A stretch of 64,000 nt of DNA from Candidatus Andersenbacteria bacterium RIFCSPHIGHO2_02_FULL_46_16. Lineage in GTDB: Bacteria; Patescibacteriota; Andersenbacteria; UBA10190. The stretch's first letter is position 1. Each line of letters opens with the position of its first letter. A program made the translations under genes and the position numbers. A model generated the notes under the pieces. The model saw nothing but the letters and a program-made list of their open reading frames with translations, made no database searches and was not told the DNA's origin. The DNA lies in assembly GCA_001817065.1 (NCBI GenBank), contig MHHQ01000025.1:119777-183776 (forward strand), given 5' to 3'. Shown here one piece after another: positions 54,670 to 64,000 of the stretch.

Positions 54670-54949
54670 AAAAAGGCCACTTGTGTGAAAAGTATAGATC
54701 AGCCTTAACTAGGCTAACCTTACTGATCTGCTTTTACGCAAGTGGCCACAAGAACAGCGTCGACAGGAGCTCACTTTATAGCTACGGGGGTACACCAAAG
54801 TATCTCATGTTCGGTTCCTTTTGCTGGGGATTGGGCACGACGCAAGCTGTCTACAAAATCCCAATCATACTCTGGGGTCTCCTATTAACGCTTAAAGAAC
54901 CAGGGACTTCTACAACATTTGAATTTATATCACTCGATATATCTGTCAA
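54670..54949 (-). ncRNA. Candidate small RNA or decayed expression unit upstream of lepA
   Basis: TTGACA(54949)-N16-TAAATT; GTTCTTTAA at 54900; GGAG; only 5- and 8-codon ORFs; long terminal hairpin GGCCACTTG...CAAGTGGCC plus T-run (54676-54747). Confidence 0.35.
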
Positions 54950-55135
54950 CTAAACCCAATTTTCTTATTCACTTTTACTTTTCCTCTTTTCTCACTTCTG
55001 TTTTCTAACTTTAGTCCCTGGAATTTAAAATTACCGTCGCGTGTGTCTGTAATGTATGTTGCTGATTTATTATAATTCGGAAAGTTTGTAAAGATTTCTG
55101 TCTTGTTTGTGTTTTTGTGACTATCTGTCTGCCTC

Positions 55136-56758
55136 CTATTCCGCCAATCCTTCCCACCTCGGTGTATCCGTCCCAGCCGGTATTTTTTTCAAAGCCGGTT
55201 TTTGCGGCAAATATTTCCTAAGCACAATGATTTCTTCGCTCTTCAGTAACCAAGTTAACAGTAAATAAACTGCCACTCCGCCACTGCCTGCAACCACTAA
55301 CTGCATCAATACTCCCCAAAACCGTTGCATGTCAACCACCGCTGCCACAGGATATTTCAATACCTGCACCATCATCCCGCCTCCCAAAGCGGCTAAAACA
55401 ATTTTGACTAAGCTTAATATCACCGCTTTGTCATCAAATCCCTTGAGCTGCCAATGCAGCACCCCTAACAGCAGCATTAAGTTCACAATCGCTGACGCTG
55501 AAAATGCTAAAGCTAACCCTTGCACTCCCATTATTGGTGCAAGATACAAAGCCAAACCAATATTTACGACCATACTAATGATCGATATTACCACGGGTGT
55601 CTTAGTATCTTGCTGCACATAAAAAGCTCGCACCAAGAGCGGTATGGTTGCTTGGGCAAAGATGCTTATGACCAGCCACCCGAACGTATCAAAAGTCAAA
55701 ATCGTATCCTCCCAGTCGAACGCACCATCGCCAAATAATACCCGGATAATTTGCGCTCGCAGTAAAAAGAAAAAGAGCGATGTTGGTACCACCAAAAACA
55801 TAATATAGCGAAATATTCTGGTCAATGTTCTGCTAAATTCAGCCTTTTGCCGTCTGGCTATTTGTTCGGCTAGAGTCGGAAAAGCTGCTTGCGCAAAAGA
55901 TATACCAAATATTCCTACCGGTAAATACTGCACATTGTTGGCTAAGTGAAATACCGCTATACTGCCCGCTAACATTGATGACCCAATCACCGTCACAGTC
56001 ACCAAGTTCACTTGCATCGCCGCTAACCCCACAATTCGCGGTAACATCATTCGCCACAATTTATGGAAATCATCCGTCGACCAGCCGACAATAGGTTTCC
56101 AGCGGTATCCCACCTGCCATATACTAGGTAGCTGCACCAGCATATGGGCTGCTGCTCCCAGCACCACGCCCCAAGCAATACCAACAATACCCATTATCGG
56201 CACGAACAGAAACACGCCAATGATGATACCCAGGTTGTATAATATTGGGGCTAGCGCATAAACCACGAAACGTTTATAGGAATTGAGCATGCCTGAAAAA
56301 ACAAAGCTAATGCAAAGTAGCACCGGTTGCAAAGCCATGGCTTTAGACAGCATGATAGTCAGCGCTAATTTTTCCCCGCCGAAACCAGGTGTTATAACCG
56401 GCACAATCTTGTCCGCCAGTAAAAAATATACCCCCGACATAAGACCTACTACTATAACGATCGCATTGAGCACCGAGGTAGCAAAATCAAACGCCTGCTT
56501 CTCACCTTTCTTACCTTGAACCAATTTTTCCGTAAATATTGGTATAAACGCCGCCGATAACGCTCCTAGAACTATCAGATTAAATATTAAATCGGGTACA
56601 CGAAAAGCGGCCACGAATGCATCGAACACATCCCCGGCGCCAAAAGTGGTGGTGAGCACTCTTTCTCTAACTAGTCCAACAAAGCGGCTTAGCAAAGAGG
56701 CCGTCCCTAATATTATGGCTGCCGGGATAACCCGGCCATTCCCAAAATTTTGCGGCAT
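55136..56758 (-). CDS. murJ: Lipid II flippase MurJ (MviN)
   Basis: LLSR--GLVRE----FGAG---DAF-AAFR-PD, GALSAAFIP, LPVGIFG, RAFY--QDTKTP. Confidence 0.95.
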   Translation of the reverse strand: MPQNFGNGRVIPAAIILGTASLLSRFVGLVRERVLTTTFGAGDVFDAFVAAFRVPDLIFNLIVLGALSAAFIPIFTEKLVQGKKGEKQAFDFATSVLNAIVIVVGLMSGVYFLLADKIVPVITPGFGGEKLALTIMLSKAMALQPVLLCISFVFSGMLNSYKRFVVYALAPILYNLGIIIGVFLFVPIMGIVGIAWGVVLGAAAHMLVQLPSIWQVGYRWKPIVGWSTDDFHKLWRMMLPRIVGLAAMQVNLVTVTVIGSSMLAGSIAVFHLANNVQYLPVGIFGISFAQAAFPTLAEQIARRQKAEFSRTLTRIFRYIMFLVVPTSLFFFLLRAQIIRVLFGDGAFDWEDTILTFDTFGWLVISIFAQATIPLLVRAFYVQQDTKTPVVISIISMVVNIGLALYLAPIMGVQGLALAFSASAIVNLMLLLGVLHWQLKGFDDKAVILSLVKIVLAALGGGMMVQVLKYPVAAVVDMQRFWGVLMQLVVAGSGGVAVYLLLTWLLKSEEIIVLRKYLPQKPALKKIPAGTDTPRWEGLAE

Positions 56759-56770
56759 AGACGAATCTTA

Positions 56771-57031
56771 GGCACCGTAAATAAATAACTTGACCAGATC
56801 TCGTTCAATCTGCGTCGAGATACGGCTTTTCCAATTGCCTGCCGGCCGTAGCTTTCTTGACCACCGTAGCTTTAGCGAAGGTGGTAGCGACAGCTGGAGC
56901 GAAATACGAAGCGCAGTACTACGGTAAGTGTTTCGCGATTGCCTGCCGGCCGTAGCCTTGGCGAAGGCTGGAGAAAAAGTCGTAGATTGCATAGTGGGCG
57001 AGAGATGGTTAAGTTATTTATTTACGGTGAC
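56771..57031. mobile_element. Foldback MITE, family B, copy 2 (261 bp)
   Basis: TTA|GGCACCGTAAATAAATAACTTGACCA ... TGGTTAAGTTATTTATTTACGGTGAC|TTA; the right TTA is the stop codon of the DUF4012 gene. Confidence 0.85.
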
Positions 57032-59923
57032 TTAATCTGTCGTTCTGGCAAAAACCATCCCAGTCAGCAAGTCTTTCCTAAGTAACCCACGATAAATCAG
57101 CGTCCGATCGTTATCTTTGGTCACACCGGACTCCGGTACAGTATGAACCATCTGTACGTTTTCTGGTAAATCAATCTGCACCCGAATTGTTGTCCGCATA
57201 TCACCAGGCTGCTTAACCACATATGTATCAAATCTTCCCGCCGGATTTATAATCCCCGGCCACTCTGCTTTATCCGGCAATCGATAGCGATAAAAAGCCA
57301 CGCTCGTTTTACCCGGTTTCGTCACTATCCAATTGGCAAAAAAAGTATAACCTGCTTCTTCTCCTACCACCGTGCCACTCTCGTGGACATATTGGCCTGT
57401 CTGCCAGTCCACCACATCTTCATCTGCTTTAGTATGTTCATAAGTTTCTGGTACTACCATTTGTCTTATATCAGCCGCCGCTGAAAAACCATCCGCTTCC
57501 AGCAACTTTGCCCCCTTGGGCACCAGCACTCGCTGGTAAACAATATTATCCTTTTGTGCCGGATTTTCGTCCTCTGGATAGACAAAGGCAGGTTGCTCAA
57601 CATTACCACGGTGTTCACGTTTTATCATCACGACCGCCTCGGCCGTCCCATCCCCCATAATCTCCAGCCGGTAATCGATTTCCTGTTCAATAAATTGATC
57701 GCTCTTATGTCCCGCAATATTAGCATTATTAACAGCCAGTAGCGCTGGTTGATTAGCCGGCAGGTCGCCTGACCAGCCAATCTCAGTTAATTTTGTCTGC
57801 CAATTATCATTGTTTAGATAAACTAACAACTGCTTTTCTTCAATCATTTTAATAATACCTGCCAATGCTTCCAATGAATTATTGGCATTGCCGGACAGCA
57901 GCCGATTAAGCAATACTGGCGCCAGATCTGCTAAGAATTTCTTAGGCTTATTCAGCTGCTTATCATAGGAGTAACTTACCTGGTCCTGCGTCACCAGCCA
58001 GAAGTTATCATAGTTTACTTCCATGTCATACCCAGGCATTAGAATTGGACCTGTCACTTTCAACAATTCGCGAATGACTTCTGGCGTCATAGCAATCACA
58101 CCATCTACAGTAGGACCGCCTTCTTTTTCAAAAAACTCTATTACTTTGCGCGCGCTAGCCGAAAAATCAACAAACCAATTGGCGTCCCTTAGATACCACC
58201 GATTACTCACCACTTTCAATGGTTGCGGCGGTTCAATATATTCTTTCAACTGGCCGTCTGGATCATAAACACTGTTTATGTCTATGGCCTCTACCGCTCC
58301 CCGATCGATGTGCACTAAGCCAATACTCCCAATAAAACCGCCAGTCGGTCTGATTTCATGATTATTTTGAAACAATAATAAATACTGTTTGTCACTCTCC
58401 GCACCCAGCATTGCTAGGACAACATCACTGCGCTCAATGAAACCGCTCAGTGTTAACCTGATCTTCTTGGTACTATCTGTTATCTTCTCCAATTGAGAAC
58501 GAATTTCCACAGGCACCAATAAACTGTCTACCTTGCTAAGTGATTTCTCGGCTTTGCCTAATGCTTCCTCGGCTAGTGCTAATTCACCTTTTGCTTCAGT
58601 TACTGCTGCCACAAAAGATGCTTCACCTTGTCCGCCTAACAATTGATTGGCAGCTTGTGCAATATACCCTCCGGCTACTGATAATTGCTCCCCAGCTGAG
58701 AGTATCTCCTGCCCTGATCGTACAGTACCCGTTACGTCCGCCCATCGTAATACATTTTGTGACGATGCCATAGCGCCTCCCAGTTCTGCCTGTGCTTCTT
58801 GAATCAATCGAGTCGCATCACTAAATCCTGCCTCGCTGGCAACAAAATCCGTCTCTGCCAACGCTGATGAAGCAGACATTAAGCTACTGTATGCCTCAAC
58901 CACCCTTTCCTGCACATTCCCCATAACCTGCCACCCCCGGCCCAACCCATTTAAATTCCAAATTACTCCATACACTAGTCCGCATCCGACCACCAAAATA
59001 ACTGCATTTACCGCTACTTGCCAATTAAATACTGCGCCTACCCAACTCAATAAATTACGGCCTGTTTGCGCTACCTCAACTGCTCCACGCCGTAAATATC
59101 TGTTCGGTTGCTGAATTAAACCACGCTTTGACCGAACATCATCTGTCGACGATCTCTCGTTCAGCAACTCATCTGTTTTGCCTTGCTTCGGTATCCTGCC
59201 TAACCCAAACCCACTAACCAATTGGCTGCTCCGGTTTACCGGCACCATCATCTGCCTTTCCGTTTCTCTCAACGAATCATACAAACCAGCTGGCCTATTA
59301 GTTGCCAGCGTCACCAATTTGCTGTCCTGATGCCAACTACTTTGCTTAGTATTGCCAAAATTTCTGCTCGACTCACTCTGCTTATTGTCCGCGTCACTTC
59401 CCTTAGGTTTAAACTCATACGGCAAATCCCGCACTGCCGGTAGCAGCTTGTCCTTATTCTCCTGCCCGGCACGATATTTTTTCGATTGCGGTAATCTATT
59501 GCTCTGAATCTTATGGCCATTTTGTTCTGAGACCAACTTTTTGATTGGTTGATGTTTGCCAGACAACCCCATTCTCTTTTCACTCATCCGCTCTCGCTTG
59601 GCTACAGCGCTTATATATGGTGGTGCCGAAACTTGAATTTCTGGCCGAGATCTCATATAAACATCACCAGTATGATGCTCAGCTCCAATATTCCTGCGAT
59701 ATAATAGCGGCCGACGATCGTGCGGTTCTGTTCTTATCGTCCGTCGCTCAAATTCTATCCCTGCCTGGTTATTACGAGCTAATTCACGATTCCTTCTTAA
59801 CTCCTGACCAATCGGCCGTCTTAAGCGAGCCGGCAACCTATACTGCAATCGCAGCACCTGATCACGCGGCGCTGTTTTTTTTGTTTTCCGAATACTGCCA
59901 TCCGACGGCACAATGTCTTGCAT
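57032..59923 (-). CDS. DUF4012 domain membrane protein with long basic N-terminal region
   Basis: YLLLFQN--E-RPTGGFIG, RDANWF-DF, VDGVIA, K-D--I, KQPG motifs after a TM helix and coiled coil. Confidence 0.85.
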   Translation of the reverse strand: MQDIVPSDGSIRKTKKTAPRDQVLRLQYRLPARLRRPIGQELRRNRELARNNQAGIEFERRTIRTEPHDRRPLLYRRNIGAEHHTGDVYMRSRPEIQVSAPPYISAVAKRERMSEKRMGLSGKHQPIKKLVSEQNGHKIQSNRLPQSKKYRAGQENKDKLLPAVRDLPYEFKPKGSDADNKQSESSRNFGNTKQSSWHQDSKLVTLATNRPAGLYDSLRETERQMMVPVNRSSQLVSGFGLGRIPKQGKTDELLNERSSTDDVRSKRGLIQQPNRYLRRGAVEVAQTGRNLLSWVGAVFNWQVAVNAVILVVGCGLVYGVIWNLNGLGRGWQVMGNVQERVVEAYSSLMSASSALAETDFVASEAGFSDATRLIQEAQAELGGAMASSQNVLRWADVTGTVRSGQEILSAGEQLSVAGGYIAQAANQLLGGQGEASFVAAVTEAKGELALAEEALGKAEKSLSKVDSLLVPVEIRSQLEKITDSTKKIRLTLSGFIERSDVVLAMLGAESDKQYLLLFQNNHEIRPTGGFIGSIGLVHIDRGAVEAIDINSVYDPDGQLKEYIEPPQPLKVVSNRWYLRDANWFVDFSASARKVIEFFEKEGGPTVDGVIAMTPEVIRELLKVTGPILMPGYDMEVNYDNFWLVTQDQVSYSYDKQLNKPKKFLADLAPVLLNRLLSGNANNSLEALAGIIKMIEEKQLLVYLNNDNWQTKLTEIGWSGDLPANQPALLAVNNANIAGHKSDQFIEQEIDYRLEIMGDGTAEAVVMIKREHRGNVEQPAFVYPEDENPAQKDNIVYQRVLVPKGAKLLEADGFSAAADIRQMVVPETYEHTKADEDVVDWQTGQYVHESGTVVGEEAGYTFFANWIVTKPGKTSVAFYRYRLPDKAEWPGIINPAGRFDTYVVKQPGDMRTTIRVQIDLPENVQMVHTVPESGVTKDNDRTLIYRGLLRKDLLTGMVFARTTD

Positions 59924-59975
59924 AAATCAATTTTAACACATCTCTGTTCATTTCTTCATAGACCCAGTCTCTCCT

Positions 59976-61103
59976 CTAACTTTTTACCACTTCTTGATAA
60001 AATTCTAATGTTTGTTTAGCACAATTTTCCCATAAATACCTTTTTGCCTGGTTTCTGCCGAACATTATTAACTTTTGCCGATATATATTATCCGTTAACA
60101 CTAATTCTATTGCCCGTTCGATGTCCGCTGTATTTTCCGGATTCACAAAAGCTGCGCCCTTCCCCATCACTTCCGGTAGGCTCGTCACGTTCGCGGTAAT
60201 CACTGGTGTTCCACAAGCCGCCGCTTCAATTGCTGGCAAACCAAATCCTTCATATAAACTCGGAAAAACCAGCATCGTTGCCCCAGCGTACAGTGCCGGT
60301 AACAATTGATCCTTAATATGACCAACGAACTTAATCCGACCAGCATCAATCCTCAGCCTTTGCGCTAGTTTTTTAGCATCAACAAATCCTGGCATCGCAT
60401 TACCTGTTAACACCAGATCAATCTTTTTATGCTTAATAGCAATGTTTGCATAAGCTTCTAACAAACGAGGCAAGTTCTTGTGGTTCATCCAGACCCCCAC
60501 ATACAATAAATAATTTCTTTTGTTTAGCATCTTTTCTATCTCCTGACGGCTTGTGTCGGAAATTTTCTGGTAAAATTGCCCTTCCACTCCTTCGTAGATA
60601 ACCTTGGTGTTCACAGGGGCATTAATGGGTAAAGCGTTCAACTCATTGCACGTTGCATTAGAAACAAAAATGGCCCCTACTGCTTGCTCAACTGCCCTCT
60701 TAAAAACCTGCTCGTAGACAATTTGCTTCAGCAAACCCTGTTGCCTCTGCCCAGGAAAGATAAATCGAGTTATATCATGAACAGTAACCACGTAAGGCTG
60801 TCGAAACATGACCGGGACATTGAAATTAGGGAAATGCCATAAGTCCGCCCTGACCCTCTTTGCTTGTTGCCAAAATATCACCTGCTCCCGCCACGTATAA
60901 TACGAACTATCTACCGTCTTGACGGAAAAATTATCTGTTCGCTGAACAAATGCATTCTCTTGCCAAAGAGGCAAGTCCTCTGGACCAATCAAGATTATAT
61001 ACGTATTTTTCCGATCAATCTGAGCTAAGCCAGTAATCAAATTCCTTACGTACCTTCCCACCCCAGCCCAAGCCCAAGCCCTAGCATCTATGGCAATAAT
61101 CAT
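59976..61103 (-). CDS. GT4 glycosyltransferase (mannosyl/rhamnosyl type)
   Basis: IDAR, GVGRY, TVHD, HKNL, FPSLYEGFGLP--EA--CGTPV. Confidence 0.92.
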   Translation of the reverse strand: MIIAIDARAWAWAGVGRYVRNLITGLAQIDRKNTYIILIGPEDLPLWQENAFVQRTDNFSVKTVDSSYYTWREQVIFWQQAKRVRADLWHFPNFNVPVMFRQPYVVTVHDITRFIFPGQRQQGLLKQIVYEQVFKRAVEQAVGAIFVSNATCNELNALPINAPVNTKVIYEGVEGQFYQKISDTSRQEIEKMLNKRNYLLYVGVWMNHKNLPRLLEAYANIAIKHKKIDLVLTGNAMPGFVDAKKLAQRLRIDAGRIKFVGHIKDQLLPALYAGATMLVFPSLYEGFGLPAIEAAACGTPVITANVTSLPEVMGKGAAFVNPENTADIERAIELVLTDNIYRQKLIMFGRNQAKRYLWENCAKQTLEFYQEVVKS

Positions 61104-61194
61104 TTCTTTAGATTAATCCCGCCTCAGCTTCGTGCAAGCGCATCGATTTTGGCAGTTTGTGCTTTTAACTCTTTCTGTGATCGCCCCTCCTTCA

Positions 61195-62382
61195 TCACCG
61201 CAGCTTTTTCCCTGCTGCTTGCTCTAAAACTTCCAATGTTTGTCTGGCCGCCCTATCCCAGGAAAATTTCTGCTTGATCTTCTCGATTGTCGCTGTTGTC
61301 ACTTTCGGCCGGTCACGTAATTGTTCTCCCATCACCTGCGCTAACTCCGCCACGTCGTAAGGGTTTACCATCGTCGCAAAATCACCAGCCACCTCCGGCA
61401 GCGATGAATTATTTGAAGTTATAACTGGTGTTCCCGCCAGCAGTGCTTCCAGCGGCGGAAAACCAAACCCCTCATAAAAACTGGGGTAGATAAATAATTC
61501 CGCTGCCTGGTACAATCGTTCTTTTTCTGCTTCAGTCACCTGCCCTATCTGGTGTATTTTCTGACGGGCCATCGACTTAGACACCGCACGCTTAATATTA
61601 CCCCCTAACCAACCACTCTCCCCGGCTATCACTAAATGATGAGGGACATCTGGCGCAATAGCCGTAAATGCCTCAATAATGCTGACTATATTTTTCCTCG
61701 GCTCCAATGTACCAAGATACAAAATGAATCGGTCCGGCAAGCCGTCGAGGTTGTTGTTTATACCAGACCGTCTGTCTATTAATTTCTCAATCTGACTTGC
61801 CATTTTTTCTGAAAAACTTTTTTCCGCTCCATTGCCAATCCCAGAATATACCACCGTTACCTTCTCTGGCTTTATATCATATAACCTTACTAGGTCATCT
61901 TTAGTGGCTTGCGATACAGCAATCACCTGTACTGCGCTCTTTAATAATTGCCGCGGACGCATCAGTTTATGCCAAAGACGCCTGCGCCACGAATAAAATT
62001 CCGGAAACATTTCATATGATAAATCATGCGCTGTCACGACATATGGCGTGTCAACCAGGGGTATTAACCGTGCATTAGGTACAAATATTACCGCTGGTTT
62101 TAGCCCAATCTTCCGCTGGATCATCTTGTCCCAGCGAGGTTGATTGATCACATATTGCCACAGATTAAATATCTTGTTGGGATAACAAAAAGCCACCACT
62201 TTAACAGCCGAACCAAAATCTGGCAGCATAATATTCCGCCAGGAATTATAAAATAACACCCATTCGTTATTCGGCGCCTGCTTCATCATGGCCCGAATTA
62301 TCTTTATCGCATATTCCTCTACGCCGCTATGCCTGCCTTCCATTAAAGATCGCACGTCTACACCAATAATCATTTTCTTCAC
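61195..62382 (-). CDS. GT4 glycosyltransferase
   Basis: [33 protein letters not shown]; GTG start. Confidence 0.92.
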   Translation of the reverse strand: MKKMIIGVDVRSLMEGRHSGVEEYAIKIIRAMMKQAPNNEWVLFYNSWRNIMLPDFGSAVKVVAFCYPNKIFNLWQYVINQPRWDKMIQRKIGLKPAVIFVPNARLIPLVDTPYVVTAHDLSYEMFPEFYSWRRRLWHKLMRPRQLLKSAVQVIAVSQATKDDLVRLYDIKPEKVTVVYSGIGNGAEKSFSEKMASQIEKLIDRRSGINNNLDGLPDRFILYLGTLEPRKNIVSIIEAFTAIAPDVPHHLVIAGESGWLGGNIKRAVSKSMARQKIHQIGQVTEAEKERLYQAAELFIYPSFYEGFGFPPLEALLAGTPVITSNNSSLPEVAGDFATMVNPYDVAELAQVMGEQLRDRPKVTTATIEKIKQKFSWDRAARQTLEVLEQAAGKKLR

Positions 62383-62441
62383 TTAATAGGCTTTAATTTG
62401 TCTCTTCCATAATCATGCCCTAATTTTATGTTATCAAACCA

Positions 62442-63074
62442 TTAATCCTCCGACTGCTTTGCCTCAGCGCTCAAACTAGCTCTTAATAGAACTACATTAA
62501 CCCCACCAAACAATACTAACAGGAAGACACTGACCGAGATTACTGCTGCGGCCACCCGACCTACTCCCACCCAAGATTCAGTCGGTATTACTTTAAATAT
62601 TAGCGCTGGTATACCCTCCTTATGATATTTCTCTACATTTTCCTTCATTACCTCCTGCAGCCCCTCTGTTAACCTCAAGGCCTTCTCCTTGTCTTTATGC
62701 CGCACAACTATCTCCACCAATTGAGGTCCCGTCTTATTAGCTTGCACTGCCCGAAACAATGCTCGCGGTTCTTCACTCGGCGCGGTCAAGTTAGCTTGTC
62801 TATAGGCCGCGGCAATGACCTCTGGTGTTTTTACCCACGAGGCTAAAGTCGTCGTAAATAAATCTGTCGCTGATAATGCATAATAGCCATCGTACCGAAA
62901 ACTGCTGCTTGTTTCTCTTTCGCTTAGTGAGACCAAGTAAGAATAATGCACTTCATAATCTGGCTTACTCCTTTCTGCCCAGACAAAAGCCAAGACTGCC
63001 GCTGATGCACTAATTAAGATAAGCCCAAGTGAAGCTTTCTTTATGGCTTCTAGATAATAATTATATGCCGTCAT
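62442..63074 (-). CDS. Wzz/CapA-like chain-length regulator (short form)
   Basis: Two TM helices flanking a helical extracytoplasmic domain (P-Y-V, YDGYYAL-A); glycan context. Confidence 0.55.
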   Translation of the reverse strand: MTAYNYYLEAIKKASLGLILISASAAVLAFVWAERSKPDYEVHYSYLVSLSERETSSSFRYDGYYALSATDLFTTTLASWVKTPEVIAAAYRQANLTAPSEEPRALFRAVQANKTGPQLVEIVVRHKDKEKALRLTEGLQEVMKENVEKYHKEGIPALIFKVIPTESWVGVGRVAAAVISVSVFLLVLFGGVNVVLLRASLSAEAKQSED

Positions 63075-63086
63075 AAATTTAACTTT

Positions 63087-64000
63087 TTATTGTTGCCCAC
63101 GCCGTTTCCAGATGCAATACTCGTTATTCACTTTCTCCTCTATACCACTCATAAAAGCTTGTTTACTAAACTTCTCCGCGTGCCGTCTGATTACTGACGG
63201 ATCAAACGTAATTTTTTGCCATTCTAAAATGCCACCTTTTATACTTTGCACTGTTTGCTCTGAAAAAAAAACTCCTGTTTTACCAGGCACTATAGTTTCT
63301 AAAGCGCCACCCGCTCCATAAGCTATAGTTGGTCGGCCACTTGCGGCCGCTTCTAGCGGTGTTATGCCAAAGTCTTCCTCTTGAGGAAACAACAACGCCT
63401 TCGCTCCCCGATAAACCAATGCCAATTTATCATCCGGCACAAATCCTAAAAAGCTTGTCCATCTCTTAGCGCGCCGACGCAGCAGGCTTTCTTCCGGCCC
63501 AACTCCTACTATCTTCAAGGGATATCCCAAGTCTTCGCAAGCATCAATGGCTAATTCAATTCTTTTATATGGCACCAATCTGGAAACGACCAAAAAATAC
63601 TCGTCGCCGTACACACCATTAATGCTGAATGTGTCCAAATTAACGGGCGGTGCCACCACATATGCTGCACGACGATAATACTTTTTGATTCTCTTAGCCA
63701 CATATTCTGACAAAGTTATATACGCATGTACCCGCTGCGCCGCATAGTAATCCCATAGTCTGATATAAGACAAACCCAGCGGTGCCAAGCGCTGCAGCAT
63801 CCGTCCCGGGGCAAACTCCCTCACGTAACGGTGACTGTCATCCCATGCGTATCTAGTAGGTGTAAAGCAATAAGAGACATGCATCGTCCGCGGCCCCGCA
63901 ATAATTCCTTTACCAAAACTGTGACTAGCCGATAATACAATGTCATACTGCCTTAAATCAAATTGCTCTACGGCAAGCGGCATCAAGGCCAGCGGAAAAT
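63087..64000 (-). CDS. GT4 glycosyltransferase (WbaZ-like), 5' end outside window
   Basis: P-A-EQFDL--YD--LS, Y--TP-RYAWD, SRLVPYK, EEDFGI-PLEA-A-G-P. Confidence 0.9.
   Translation of the reverse strand, partial: FPLALMPLAVEQFDLRQYDIVLSASHSFGKGIIAGPRTMHVSYCFTPTRYAWDDSHRYVREFAPGRMLQRLAPLGLSYIRLWDYYAAQRVHAYITLSEYVAKRIKKYYRRAAYVVAPPVNLDTFSINGVYGDEYFLVVSRLVPYKRIELAIDACEDLGYPLKIVGVGPEESLLRRRAKRWTSFLGFVPDDKLALVYRGAKALLFPQEEDFGITPLEAAASGRPTIAYGAGGALETIVPGKTGVFFSEQTVQSIKGGILEWQKITFDPSVIRRHAEKFSKQAFMSGIEEKVNNEYCIWKRRGQQ

Noticed and set aside
54681-54953. 90-aa plus-strand ORF
   Set aside because: TTG start inside a hairpin, no recognisable motifs, antisense to a promoter-terminator unit

Overview
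Gene-dense, mostly minus-strand window from what looks like a CPR/Patescibacteria genome (inferred from DUF4012, murJ, lepA, split transketolase, leaderless-type starts and many GT-C enzymes). Almost all of it is a cell-surface glycosylation island: nucleotide-sugar genes (rmlA/C/D, rfbF, epimerases, PglF/CapD), a complete ADP-heptose pathway beside transketolase/transaldolase, a polyprenyl-phospho-arabinose (UbiA-HAD/DprE1/DprE2) module, about 10 GT-C membrane glycosyltransferases (ArnT/PMT, YfhO, two TMTC-like TPR), GT2/GT4 enzymes, Wzx/Wzz-like proteins and a pilin-like protein. The most interesting signals are intergenic. (1) A set of small self-contained expression units with a sigma70 promoter, a GTTCTTT boxA-like motif, a Shine-Dalgarno site and a terminator carries two RimI-like GNATs, a stand-alone RNA polymerase alpha-CTD protein and a small membrane protein; two more such units have no real ORF. 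The resident genes instead look leaderless. (2) Several families of non-autonomous palindromic elements occur without any transposase. One family has its core flipped relative to fixed outer ends, and a 30-nt REP-like unit is nested into two unrelated MITE families and into itself. No rRNA, tRNA, CRISPR or transposase was found. All family and taxon calls are from motif recognition, not database searches.
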